From assembly GCF_008831285.2 (NCBI RefSeq), contig NC_045138.2:36518001-36582000 (forward strand): a DNA stretch of 64,000 bases, given 5' to 3'. The notes below the pieces were generated by a model. The model saw nothing but the letters and a program-made list of their open reading frames with translations, did not search any database and had not been told where the DNA came from. The position numbers were made by a program, and so were the translations under genes. The stretch is from Nymphaea colorata. Lineage: Eukaryota. Below are positions 37,071 to 46,398 of this stretch, piece by piece. Position 1 is the stretch's first letter. Every line of letters starts with the position of its first letter.

Positions 37071-38848
37071 TGCGTGAGTGCTGTTTTCGGGTTACAGATA
37101 TTGGTGCTACATTTCTATCAAAGGGCTCTTAGCAAAGGCCCTATGACATAGAAATCATTAATCCTCCGTTTGTTCACAACTACAAACCCAACTATTTCGA
37201 GCATGTTGATTTGAAAATGAGCACATTAAAATTGTTAAAACAAGTCGTAAGTATTATTTTGTTTGAATAAATTAGGGGCAAACCCCAGAAGGCATTCTCT
37301 TGAAGATCTTTAACAAATAACAGGTCCCACGGACAATCCAAATGATGTTTTGTGAAACTTAACCACATCTTTGTTCCATTATTCAAAAGAAAGAGGAAAC
37401 AGTAAGACACATTGATGCAGAAGTCTACGTTTCAGACCACAGAATAAAAGTACAGATAAGACAGGAAAGTGGTACTTCTAGTGAAAAAAGAATTACCTGC
37501 AAGGCCTTTTTATAAAATTTGCGATTGCGAAGATATGCCATGACCATTAAAAGAACATCTCGGGTCACAGCATTACCTCCTTCAACCCACTTACTAATTG
37601 CGCCCTTAATTGATTGAACTGGAGCCTGAATGATAATCTGAGTCAGTGGGAAACTAGTCTTTTCTGGGAACTCCTTCACTTTGTCACTAAAATCAACCTC
37701 ATGATCCGAGATGTCAATTTCTGCATGTTCCCCGGTGATGTCCTCAGCTGAATCATCTTCTTCTGATAGCTCAGGCTCAGACACCAAATCGTCAGCTTCG
37801 TTCGCTGCCACACATTTAGTCCCCTCCACATTCCCAGGAGACTCAAGCTCAGAAAATGCGTCCTCTTGGCCTTCTTCATTTCCATCAGCCTCTGACCCGG
37901 TCTGGAAAGAAAGCCATCTATGACCCACTAAGAATCTGGTGTATAAAAGGCAATCAGATAACCTCTTCGGAAAAGGGCTATCAGCAACCACGATGGGACC
38001 ATTTTCATGCCTACTTAGGCACTGAACAGTGCCACTGCCATTGCTTAAACCCTCCCATTTAACAGAAATGCTTCTAGCAGCAAGTATCTGGTACCCAAGT
38101 CCCCTGGCACAAAGATGAGCAAATTAATCAGTATAAATTCTATAATTATTTCTGCTCCACAAATAAAAAGTCCAAGAACCGTACCAGCATGCCTAGAATG
38201 GCAACAAAATCACATGGAAAATATGTAAACATGAAGAATTAAACAGAAACATGGACAAAGATAAAAAGAAAACATATATAAGGTATAACCATTTTCAACG
38301 ATAAGCGGGGTCGGGTAGACCCTCACTGCGCATTAGTTGATCAAAACAGTATATAGCATCATTCATACAAGAAAAAGAACCCTATGTGCAGTCAACAACA
38401 TGGCTAGGTGTCCGGCCCCCAATCCAGGGGTTTGTCCTTCCAACATCTACCATTAGATGTCTGAGCAATCTTACAAATCGCTTGTGCTACACTGTGCGGA
38501 GCTCCACTAACAGAAACCACTTCTACACCGCAAACAATGTATCGGAATAAATTGTTGATGCACGACGAGAGATCGAAGGGACACGCAAATCTCAATTCAA
38601 ATTAGCGAAACAACCGGGAAAGCTAAGTTGATCATATACAGCAACGAAGAAAAATACTAACAAATGAACACAAACAAGAGCAGACACAGGAAATGAACTA
38701 AGATCATTTCAACGTAAAGATTGAAATTTTAGAATAATAGAAGCCGAAGCATGTTCTGTACGCGCGCGGCGGGTGTGAATGTGTGAGTCAGAGAGAAAGT
38801 GTGAGACCTGAGAAGGCTGGTGTTGGTAGCTCTGCGAACTGCCCACAT
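28128..38848 (-). CDS. P-class PPR protein, mitochondrial, At1g80270/PPR596-like, copy B (631 aa); intron 2 contains the Copia element
   Basis: Exons 38848-38808 (MWAVRRATNTSLLR), 38103-37497 (RGLGYQILAAR...YKKALQ) and 29375-28128 (LSEWLE...AELLE*); same structure and phases as copy A, no stops or frameshifts. Confidence 0.92.
30898..31535. repeat. Diverged about 300 bp tandem duplication in PPR copy B intron 2
   Basis: CAAGAATATATTAA..GAAATTACCAACCTGGGGCC at about 30899 and 31239, followed by collinear blocks (CAAGTGGTAG, GGTATTCAAGT, GCATAACC, ATGCCTTCT, CACCATAT.GCTCTCCTT); one copy of this stretch in copy A at about 23440-23690. Confidence 0.75.
31634..32092 (+). repeat. 5' LTR (459 bp)
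   Basis: Starts TGTTAAAATA, ends TCTATCA; about 47-bp internal tandem units; TATAAATA at 31931; (CT)n tract. Confidence 0.95.
32093..32104 (+). promoter_or_regulatory. Primer-binding site complementary to the initiator tRNA-Met 3' end
   Basis: TGGTATCAGAGC directly after the 5' LTR. Confidence 0.93.
32313..36659 (+). CDS. Copia gag-pol polyprotein (1448 aa from the ATG at 32313)
   Basis: Zinc knuckle CFQCNKKGHMKAQC; protease WFLDSGAATH; LWHSRLGH...CSSC; integrase SDVWGP, DGGGEY, NGVVERKHR; RT QMDVKNAFLHG, YGLKQASRSW, YVDD; RNase H DADWAG, STEAEY, CDNQSAI, RTKHIEID, ADLFTKGL. The stop codon lies just inside the 3' LTR. Confidence 0.97.
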   Translation: MENLSHSGMSSSFLPHLITEKLNHENYLIWKRQIMPFIRSQGLFGHLDGSTKAPPISVLQEIKNEAGEVIAVHEDNNPEHAMWMRRDQSLVAYILSTLSQQVLLSVSDDCTAEELWETLADTFSQISEARIMYLKKEFQNLSKGSTFIMDYLGRIKAVADQLAASGNNISDKEKVQQTLNGLGHDYHAFIIALEVLPVLPSFNELQGKLLQHEMNMKRVIERTDQGNSQNVLAMNVKFGKSHGNSNHGGRGILPTPHNQGMSPLDTSRKIPICFQCNKKGHMKAQCWFNPQNKNKGVRHDYKQGGQSSKSTAEDMQQLLMAAFSKMTIKQNEQGEWFLDSGAATHVTGNAGKLTNLSPHYGRSCIITGDGKSHPITHIGNAHIPLSSSSLSLSNVVLAPNIKKNIISISKLIDDTSSSVEFTPDTSSSVEFTPSSVYVKDLQTKKMFARGERQGNMYVLKECLPKDSSTFDIGLKTFSLSHNASSVPSSCHFQSKVRGPNQFLESDLWHSRLGHCGRHFIEKLVTDSLIPRSSLPLTSSVKKCSSCGLCKSHVLPFHNINQRASKPFETIFSDVWGPAPIDSMSGSRYYVLFIDSYSRFTWIYFMKHKSEVPHIFRNFYAMIQTKFSSNVVHFQCDGGGEYSSLDFIEFLREKGITRQISCPYTPQQNGVVERKHRHIVESAMSMMHDTNVPISLWTEAFHTAVYIINCLPMTLLMSKSPYFTLLGKQPDYKNLKVFGCVCYVHVDAALRNKFQDKAIQCRFVGYADEYKGFRCYDPTTKRIKTSRNVIFDEHSFDNTNEMPMTIESYDPWTSTQLFNADPVIENDVPQSEDSERAIQPSDMAQSENQEDPTQSSSHHENNNEQSNDAHRYSGLIYSRRLRDRDSHSEEDNMPHLRRSQRIRHPIHRWVSYDSLSLDFQLFMAKVGKEEEPTSFDQASKSHHWRKAMKEEMDALHECGTWEIVPRPHEKNVVGSKWVYKIKYKPDGSIERHKARLVAKGFTQQYGEDYDETFSPVIKMGTIRVIISLAVEYGWRLHQMDVKNAFLHGDLREEVYMEQPLGYTKGDSHAWVCKLRKSIYGLKQASRSWFDSFSCKIQECGFRRCPLDHSLFIYRKENIFTLLLIYVDDIVITGNSEKHIEEAKVLMMQNFKMKELGDLRFFLGVEIDRHNNRLTLTQQKYTLDLLKKSGMSDCKPVGTPSVLNQRLSAQDGELYEDPTQYRSIVGALQYLTFTRPDIIYAVNQVSQFMHAPRDTHMDAVKRILRYLKGTAGDGLVYGKSENITTGHQLMTFTDADWAGDPDQRKSISGFCIFIGRNLVFWSCRKQKAVARSSTEAEYRCMAAGTAEVTWVRHLLEDIGEKIKTSMLMCDNQSAINIAFNPVQHGRTKHIEIDQHFVRQKVEDKEIQPIYVRTDEQVADLFTKGLTKERFWFLKGKLYMVQNHAQLEGGC
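36654..37120 (+). repeat. 3' LTR (467 bp)
   Basis: Nearly identical to the 5' LTR: I count 4 substitutions outside the (CT)n tract, and the tract region is 8 bp longer. Confidence 0.95.
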
Positions 38849-40839
38849 GGAGGAGATGAGATGCCCACGCCCGCCGCTTGACCTTAAACGAACAGTGTAG
38901 CGTTCGCCGAAGTGTCTGATCTCTAGGGAAGGGCAACGTAGAACCCGAGCTGAACCCCCTCTCTCTCTACTTCCACTTGGGCGAGCCTAAGCCGTCGGGC
39001 TTGAGAACCGGATCGTTCATCTCGTTTCTTCCTGCGCTCAACTAGACAGTTTCCGGCCAAATCGCGTCCTACGAATTCACAAGACCCTCGTTCTAGTTTA
39101 GAAAAAAAAAAAACGGTTGTGATTTTCCTAAGCTTGATCACAGGAGAAAGAAAAATCAATTTCAGTTTCCAAGTGAATGCTTTCATCTGTGCATGAAAAG
39201 ATTCACCGGTTTCGGTTTGTTACCTAAGCTGATTTTAACAACATCCTTCCTGTTTTCTTTGGAAGAAAAGAAGCACCCAACTTGTTTTCCAAAAAAAGAA
39301 ATTGGAGAATTGGCTGAACCAAATCGAGTCAGGACTGCCGTTTCATTTGGAAATTTCTAAAATTTAAATTCTCTAAACAATCCAGATACCAATAGTAAAT
39401 TCATTTTGGTAAAGTTGTCAAAGAAAGTAAAAATGATTTATAACGCTCAAGCAGTTGAAAAAAACCATTTGTTTGTGGATGCCTACAATGAATAAAAAAT
39501 GCAATGTAACTAAGAAAATCTAGATGATATAGACGGGTTCATCACCTGAATCATTTTGTCATCAATTAACCACATTCCGGTAATCTAGAAAAGGCAGCCT
39601 TTTTTTTTTTTAACGAAAGCTATATTTTTTGTTTGAAAATATGATTTGAAGATACTCAATCTTAGATAAAATTGGTCAGATGTATGTAATGATGTAAAGA
39701 GATTCGAAATTTCCCTCTCGCGAACTTGCCTATAAGCATATAGAACGAATTTAAAGCGTTCAACCGAACAAAGTGTCTCTAGTCAGAAAATTTACAAGAT
39801 ATATTGTGCCAACTTACTTATCAAAAAAAAAAAAATGACAATATTTTTCTTTTGAAAAAGTAATTTCGTACAACACCTATTGAACTTAAATGAATGGTTC
39901 AGAATGAGTCCAAATAATTTTCATATATATAGTTCACAACGATAAGATGTTCCAGTCACCCAACGTCCCTCGGGTCTTGCTGCTCTCACCATTATCGAAA
40001 CACAAGATGATGACTCATGGTTTCGGGACAGATAACTTCAGATCCCAGGTATTCTCTCAACTATTTCATCACATCCGAACATTAAAAAGGCTCGCTGTTG
40101 GAGTGGCGGAGCACTTACAGGCTGATGTGGACAATTACGCACACCATCCACAGAATTACCTTATTTACATATTGGTATATTATTATTTTTTACTTATTTA
40201 TATACGAGTGCTCCTTGAAGTTTAAATTTTAGAACGTCCAAAGCCTTCTTGTGGTTCCTGATATAAAAAAGAATCTCATTTAAATTAATAAACTTACTGT
40301 GATGATAATGTTATGGTGGACCATTATGTAATTAAGGACAATAAAGTTTGGGCGACGGTAGAATGGGGCATAGACAAAGAGATCCTTACGTCTTACCCCA
40401 AGTTAATAAGGGTGTTCTCTTTTCTCTCCTGCAGCGGACAGACAGGAGACTTGACGTTTGGCATCGGCGACGCAGGGACGTAGATAGGTGGACAACTGTT
40501 CCATTTGTCTCGGCTGGACAACGTCTAATAACGGCGTTATGGGTCGTGTTTGTACTCTTACAAATGCACCTTAATGTAGGGGTAGAATTAAAATTTTCTT
40601 CAGGCACGACTGACAGTCTAATTTTTAGATCTGAGTAGCGCCAAATTGAATTCAAATCTAAAAAATACATAACACAATTAAAAATTTTTATTTTTTTCAA
40701 CGTAAATTTTATTTTTTTCATTGACCAGAATGGAGCCATGGCCTAGGCACCCCCTCCCTCTGCCCCCCCCCCCCTTCCCTCTGACCTGCTTGAATTATCG
40801 ACTTTTCTCAACTTGAATGTATTTGCAGCTAGCTGGGCT

Positions 40840-41390
40840 TATTCATCAACTTTTATAATTTGGAAAATTGATGACGAAATGGTTTATTTACTGCTCTATG
40901 TGGACAACATAATAATAATCACATAGCATGCTAAAAGGCCTTATCAATAAAATAACTAATGATGAATTTGCTATGAAGGATCTGAGGCATATTCATCACT
41001 TCTTGGGCACGAGCAAGATCAACCATACTCTTTTAGTGTTTATTAAAGTTGATGAATCCACCCACCATATTGTTTCTTAATCAAACCAGGTATGCTCGAG
41101 AGACTCTAGAGAAGACAAGCATGTCCGTTTGCAAGCCTATACTCTTTTAGCGGGACTGAGTTAGAAATTTTTTATAAGAAGGTCGAATTAAAATTTCTAA
41201 ACTTTGACAGGGGCCAAAATATCATTTTTCAAATATAGGACAAGTGAAATTTTCATAAACTTACATGTAAATTAAAAACAAACAAAAAAATTGAAGGGGG
41301 CAGGCCCTCTGCGAGCCCCCCTTGGTTCCGCCCCTGGCCAGGAGTATCCAATATTTGACTTCGGGTCGACCATATCTAAGTTTTGCATCA
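40840..41390 (+). mobile_element. Old decayed Copia reverse-transcriptase remnant
   Basis: Fragments with stops and frameshifts: SSTFIIWKIDDEMVYLLLYVDNIIII (YVDD motif), DEFAMKDLRHIHHFLG, LFLNQTRYARETLEKTSMSVCKP and, after an insertion, RSIQYLTSGRPYLSFA. Confidence 0.8.
41149..41336. mobile_element. Small MITE nested in the Copia remnant
   Basis: AT-rich block with GC-rich right end TTGGTTCCGCCCCTG, a terminus type common in plant hAT-like MITEs; left end degenerate. It interrupts collinear RT motifs. A similar decayed element may lie at about 40578-40770. Confidence 0.5.
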
Positions 41391-44300
41391 ACTACAGTAC
41401 TAAGTACTTCCAACTTAGTATTACTTTTAGCTTTTAAAGAGCGTTTTGTATTATACAAGGGGGTGCTTGAAGATGCTGAAATTGTAGAATTTTAGAATTA
41501 AAATTCTTATTTTTTAGGAAATGATAATCGCAAAACAGTTTCCATTCCGTCATTCATGACTCAAAACACCAAAATGTGGTTCCACCCTAAAGGTTGGACT
41601 TATGATCCTAGAATTTTTGGAATTTTTTTATCTTGTTTTTAAGGCACATGTTTTAATTTATCAATTCTATAATTTTAATTCATATTTTATCAAACACTTA
41701 AATTTTAGAATCAAAATTTCAGACTATCAAGCACAAGATAAAACTAAAGCTGGAATTTTCATTTCAATTCTAGTTTGAGTTGGAATTTTGTTTCTAAAAT
41801 TTTAATTCTACAGAATTCAAGGTCGTCAAAAACATTAGATTATCAAATTCAGATCCTTCAAGCAAATCCAGTTGTGCTCTACAGATTTTTCAGATTGGAC
41901 GTAGGCTCGAAATAGCGGAACCACATAAATTGATGCTGTCTCTAGATTTGTATTTTTCCTTCTTAGTTTTTAGATTAGTTCTGAGCATCATCTAATTAAA
42001 TAGATTCAATACCGACCCAGTAAAGCACACAAAGCATGATGAAATGGAACAGAGAAACTTGAACAATGTAAAACACAATTTTCCGGCTTGAGTAAATGCG
42101 CTTATATAAGTTTTCCAGAAAACTGTCATGCAATTAGTAATTGAAGATTATGATGTTGGTGGCTTATGGAAATGCAGAGAAGACGAATCCTCGAGAGATG
42201 AGAACACGAACGACGAAAGATATTGACAAGTAACTAATGGAGTCCATCAGAAAACTAAGGATACAGCGGAATCAACATGAAATTACAAGAAGGTTAAGCG
42301 TGTCAGAGATTTTCACTTTGTGTGAATTGACACATGTCACTTGTGGGCATCATCATGGCTTTTAGAAAACAAGAAAAAGAAAAGAGATGTAGCTGCCAAA
42401 TGGCTAGCTTTTTTCCAATCTACCTTCAATTTTGCCTCCCCATGTTGTTCCTTTTCTAAAGTTGATTTGGCTATACGTATGTAGGTATATTCCTTTTCTA
42501 AAGTTAATTTGGTTATATGTGTGTATATCTATATATAAAACCCATTAATTAACTGTGTCATTTTTCATAGGCCCTATTAAATAAATGGAGGCCTTTTGTG
42601 CGGTTCCTCGTTTGTTTCACGTTAATGAACTTACAGAAATATCATGTTTGGATCTCTTGAGTGAAAGCTGCAGAAGGGGTAGTCACTATAATCCGATGAA
42701 GTCAGCTTACATGAATTCGACGTATGAATGCAAAATTGCTGTAGAAAATCAATATTTTATCATAATTTTGAACCATGATCAGTCTTCCTGTAGTTTGAGA
42801 TCCCGATCATCCATGATCTCATGAAGTAACAAAAATTTGAGCAGGAACAGCCACGCTTTGAACAGTGTTCATAGGCTCATGTGAGGGAGAGAGAGAGATT
42901 CTTTGGAGCCGAGGAAAGAGATAGATTGGTTCACATGTGCATGCATGATGATGCCAAGTTCCAAAAACTTCATGTTTTTTTGAATTTAATGGCGTCCACA
43001 TGGAGATGACACAGATACGTCCAACGTATGCCCTCATCTCAATGTCATGCTCAGCAATCTCACTTCTCTGAGCTCTGAGCTCCGTATTTTAAGATATACG
43101 CGGAATATGCATTATTGCTTTGGAAGTTCCCTCTCTCTCACTCTTGCTCCAGTATGCCAACAAAATAAAAATCTTTGCTGTCCCTTCATCTAGCTGTGCT
43201 TTTACTGTACAAACACTGAGGAGATGCACCGATCAGCAGAAATTTATAGCATCTGCCTCGCTCGTGTCTCTGTGTGGATGTGCGCACACACGCACATGAG
43301 AGGGAGAGAGAAAGAGTTCTTCTGTCACCTATATATCCGTTGTATGATTTGGTCTAGTGCATAAAGATTTTGAAGATCTGAAAATTGCAATGGTCTCCGG
43401 TTGAAATTCTATTCCACTTGGGCGCAGAACGGAGAGTAAATGATTATCTGATGATCTTATCATTCCCACAGAGCATCTCAGACCCATTCTTTTAGCTACT
43501 GTACCTTTTTTGGAACACTTTGGGGTACATTGACCTCGGCATTTGAGCAAGTGGGCACTTTAGCCTAGCTTTCCACCTCCACTTTTGCTAGAGAGAGAAA
43601 GAGAGTCAGGGATCTAAAAGTATTTCAAATTAATCTAATCACCTTCGTTAAATTAATAAAGCATAATTAACAAAGCGAACACAAATTTAAAGTTGAGCAG
43701 TCCCATATCTTGCACACAAGCTTTTGCCTTTTTCTTCCCCACCTTTTTCTCTTTCTTTCAGTCCTTTGTGAATAGGCAAATGAAACCCCACCTTCTTTCA
43801 GGGTTTGCTGAGTCTTGGCGATTGAACATACTGTTCATATTTTTGGACCTCCTGACGAGATGCCCCATCAGATGTGAGCAAAGGTGCATTTCTGTTCATT
43901 TTTTTAGATGTTGTTCTTAAAGAATGTCTTTTCACAGCCTTTAACACAGTCTTTTGCGTTCTGTAAAGAGGTGTTTCTGTCTTTGCGAGCACCCCGATTG
44001 TCCAGGCCGAGCGTGTAGAACTTCCATCATCCTCTTTTACAACCTTCTAGTTGCTAGCGCGATTGGAAGCCTGGTAGAGACGCTTCCAGCTTTGATCCCT
44101 CAGCCGAGCCACCAGAAAGTACATTAAGCTTTGGTTTTGCATCAAGCAACACTCTCATGGACTTCCACTGATAACATACCAGATGAATTCAAAAAGGTAG
44201 AAGAAAGAAATAATTTCACTCGCTTTGGCCGCAGATGGTACTGATCCGCTTCCCTCTTCTGCAATACTGGCTGCAAACAGATAGGTAGGAATTCTCCCAA

Positions 44301-46188
44301 CCATGAACCCACTGAGGAACTGGAAAGTACAGTGAACTTTGGTCATGTTGCAGCAAGGGACACTCCCATGGATCCCCACTTATGAGTACCGGGTGGTTTC
44401 TGAAGTTTAATTTGAAAAGGAGAAAAAAAAAAGCGCTTTCCACTTCAAAAATATATTTGGCTTGTCAATACCTTTGATTTAAAATAACAAAGCATCAAGC
44501 TGTAAATAGTAATTTATGTGATGTCACATCCTCACAGTTAAGCCCCACATCTCCATGCACAGCCACCAAAATGAGTTGGCTTTTTGTCTTGGTGGGAGCA
44601 CATTAAGAAATGGATCAAACTGTACTTAAAATTGAAAAATTAGCTTGATCCAACCAGTTATACGCGTGTTAGTGCTTCCTAATACAACATTATCCATCAA
44701 ATAATTTCTGAATGCTAAGTGACAAAGGTGCAACTTGGTTCCTGTCAGGAGGAACAGAATCCTTCAAGAGAGAGAGAGAGAGAGCAAAGAAAAAGCTCAA
44801 AGAAAAGGAAGTTTGATTGTCTCAAAGATGCCATGTGCTTCCTGGCAAACTGCACTAGCTAGCCTTTGGGGGTCCTGCTGTTTCTGCTTTTCATAATGCA
44901 TAGTGGGTATCTTTCAGCATGACATAAATCGGTCTTAGAAGAGCATATATGGGCGCCATTATTTTATGGCATTGGAATTGTAGAAGGTTCTATGGGGGGG
45001 AACACCCAGTCACATGCCCCATGAATATACTAGAAAGGGATAGTGGGTGGGGGGCCTCCAAGGCATGGATGTTGTTCTCTCTGCTAAGGGCAATTATTCT
45101 CTATGTGACACATTGTCTTTTAGTTATTTGTTTATCCAATTTGAAATAGTTAGTTGGGACTCAAGTTTCTAGAACTGATTCCATTTGGATTTTTCTGCCA
45201 TAGTTTGTTTTCAAGGACAATGGGCCTATAGTTAAAATCGCATTTGGATTCTTCTGCCACAGTTTGTGATCAAGGATATTGATGAAGCTATCGTTAGTAG
45301 CTGTTGCTCCTTCGCCTATAGTCATATAGCTTCATCTGCTTGTCTCTTACATTCTGCTTGTTGAATTTGAATATGTCTGTGTGTATGTGTGTGTGTGTGT
45401 GTACGTGTGTTTGAGAGAGAGAGAGACAGACAGAGACAGAGAGAGGCTTAGAAGGTCGGTCTCGTTGAACTCTGATGATACCTATTGACCCTATCGATAG
45501 CACAAAGCTGTGCGCACCTGTAACCTTTATCTCAATATGGGGACCGTATAGCGTGCAGTTCTTTAATAAAAGTTTTGAAAGCGGAAAATGATGACAAAGG
45601 AGCAAGATTCTTGTGAATTCTTCAATAGCATGTTTTCTCCTGATATAATCAGAAGTAAAAGCTTCGAAAGCAGAAAGTATTCTACACTTACATTGTCAGA
45701 TCTTAAACTAAAAACACAACATACAGCGGATTCGGATCTATCGAATATTCAGATCTTACAACTCTGGATTGGAGAAAACTTGCAACTCAATGCTATCTGC
45801 ACGTTCAATTAAATGTCATGTTTTACCTTTAACCAGTTTTTGTTGGATCCAGAATTTGCACTCATATTTCAGATTCAGATTCAACTTTGCCTTGAATGTG
45901 TATTCAGATTGAATGCTAATGTTTGGAAAAACTCATAATTCCAATATGCAAAGAAGGGTTTCGAAAGTTTTCGACAAAAAAGTTCGAGGATACAGGAGCA
46001 TAATGTTTGTTTTCCTCTTCTAAATTCTGAACACAAGTTTTATGTAATTGAGTACGAAAAAAATCTAACATCCCCACCACCCATTCGACCCTTCCACGTC
46101 GCATTACATATTCCCTAGGGAATGTTTTATTACCCGGAAAATCATTTTCGGTGCAAAAATTATAGTTTCAATTGCGGCTCTCTTCCTG

Positions 46189-46398
46189 TCCTTTCCCCCA
46201 CTGGTCAGACTGAAAATACAAAAATCAGATTCAAGTTAAAAACTTGAGGAACATATTTAGGATCTCCACGTTTGTGTTTGAATGCGGATTGTATCCTTTC
46301 CCCCACTGGTCAGACTGAAAATACAAAAATCACATTCAAGTTAAAAACTTGAGGAACATATTTAGGATCTCCACGTTTGCGTTTGAATGGGTATTGTA
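46189..46398. repeat. 105-bp direct tandem duplication
   Basis: 46189-46293 and 46294-46398 both begin TCCTTTCCCCCACTGGTCAGACTGAAAATAC; 4 mismatches by eye. Confidence 0.95.

Larger units (their letters stand above)
31634..37120 (+). mobile_element. Full-length Ty1/Copia LTR retrotransposon, 5487 bp (probably Ale/Retrofit lineage)
   Basis: TG...CA LTRs at 31634-32092 and 36654-37120; perfect 5-bp TSD AAGGG (31629-31633, 37121-37125); PBS TGGTATCAGAGC at 32093-32104; PPT GAGGGAGGG at 36645-36653; domain order gag-PR-IN-RT-RH. Lineage is inferred from size and motifs. Confidence 0.98.

Noticed and set aside
43310..44080. Partial matches to miR156 (TGACAGAAGA, minus strand near 43320) and miR166 (ACCAGGCTTC, minus strand near 44070)
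   Set aside because: Only about 10 nt match, and I see no precursor hairpin or star strand.
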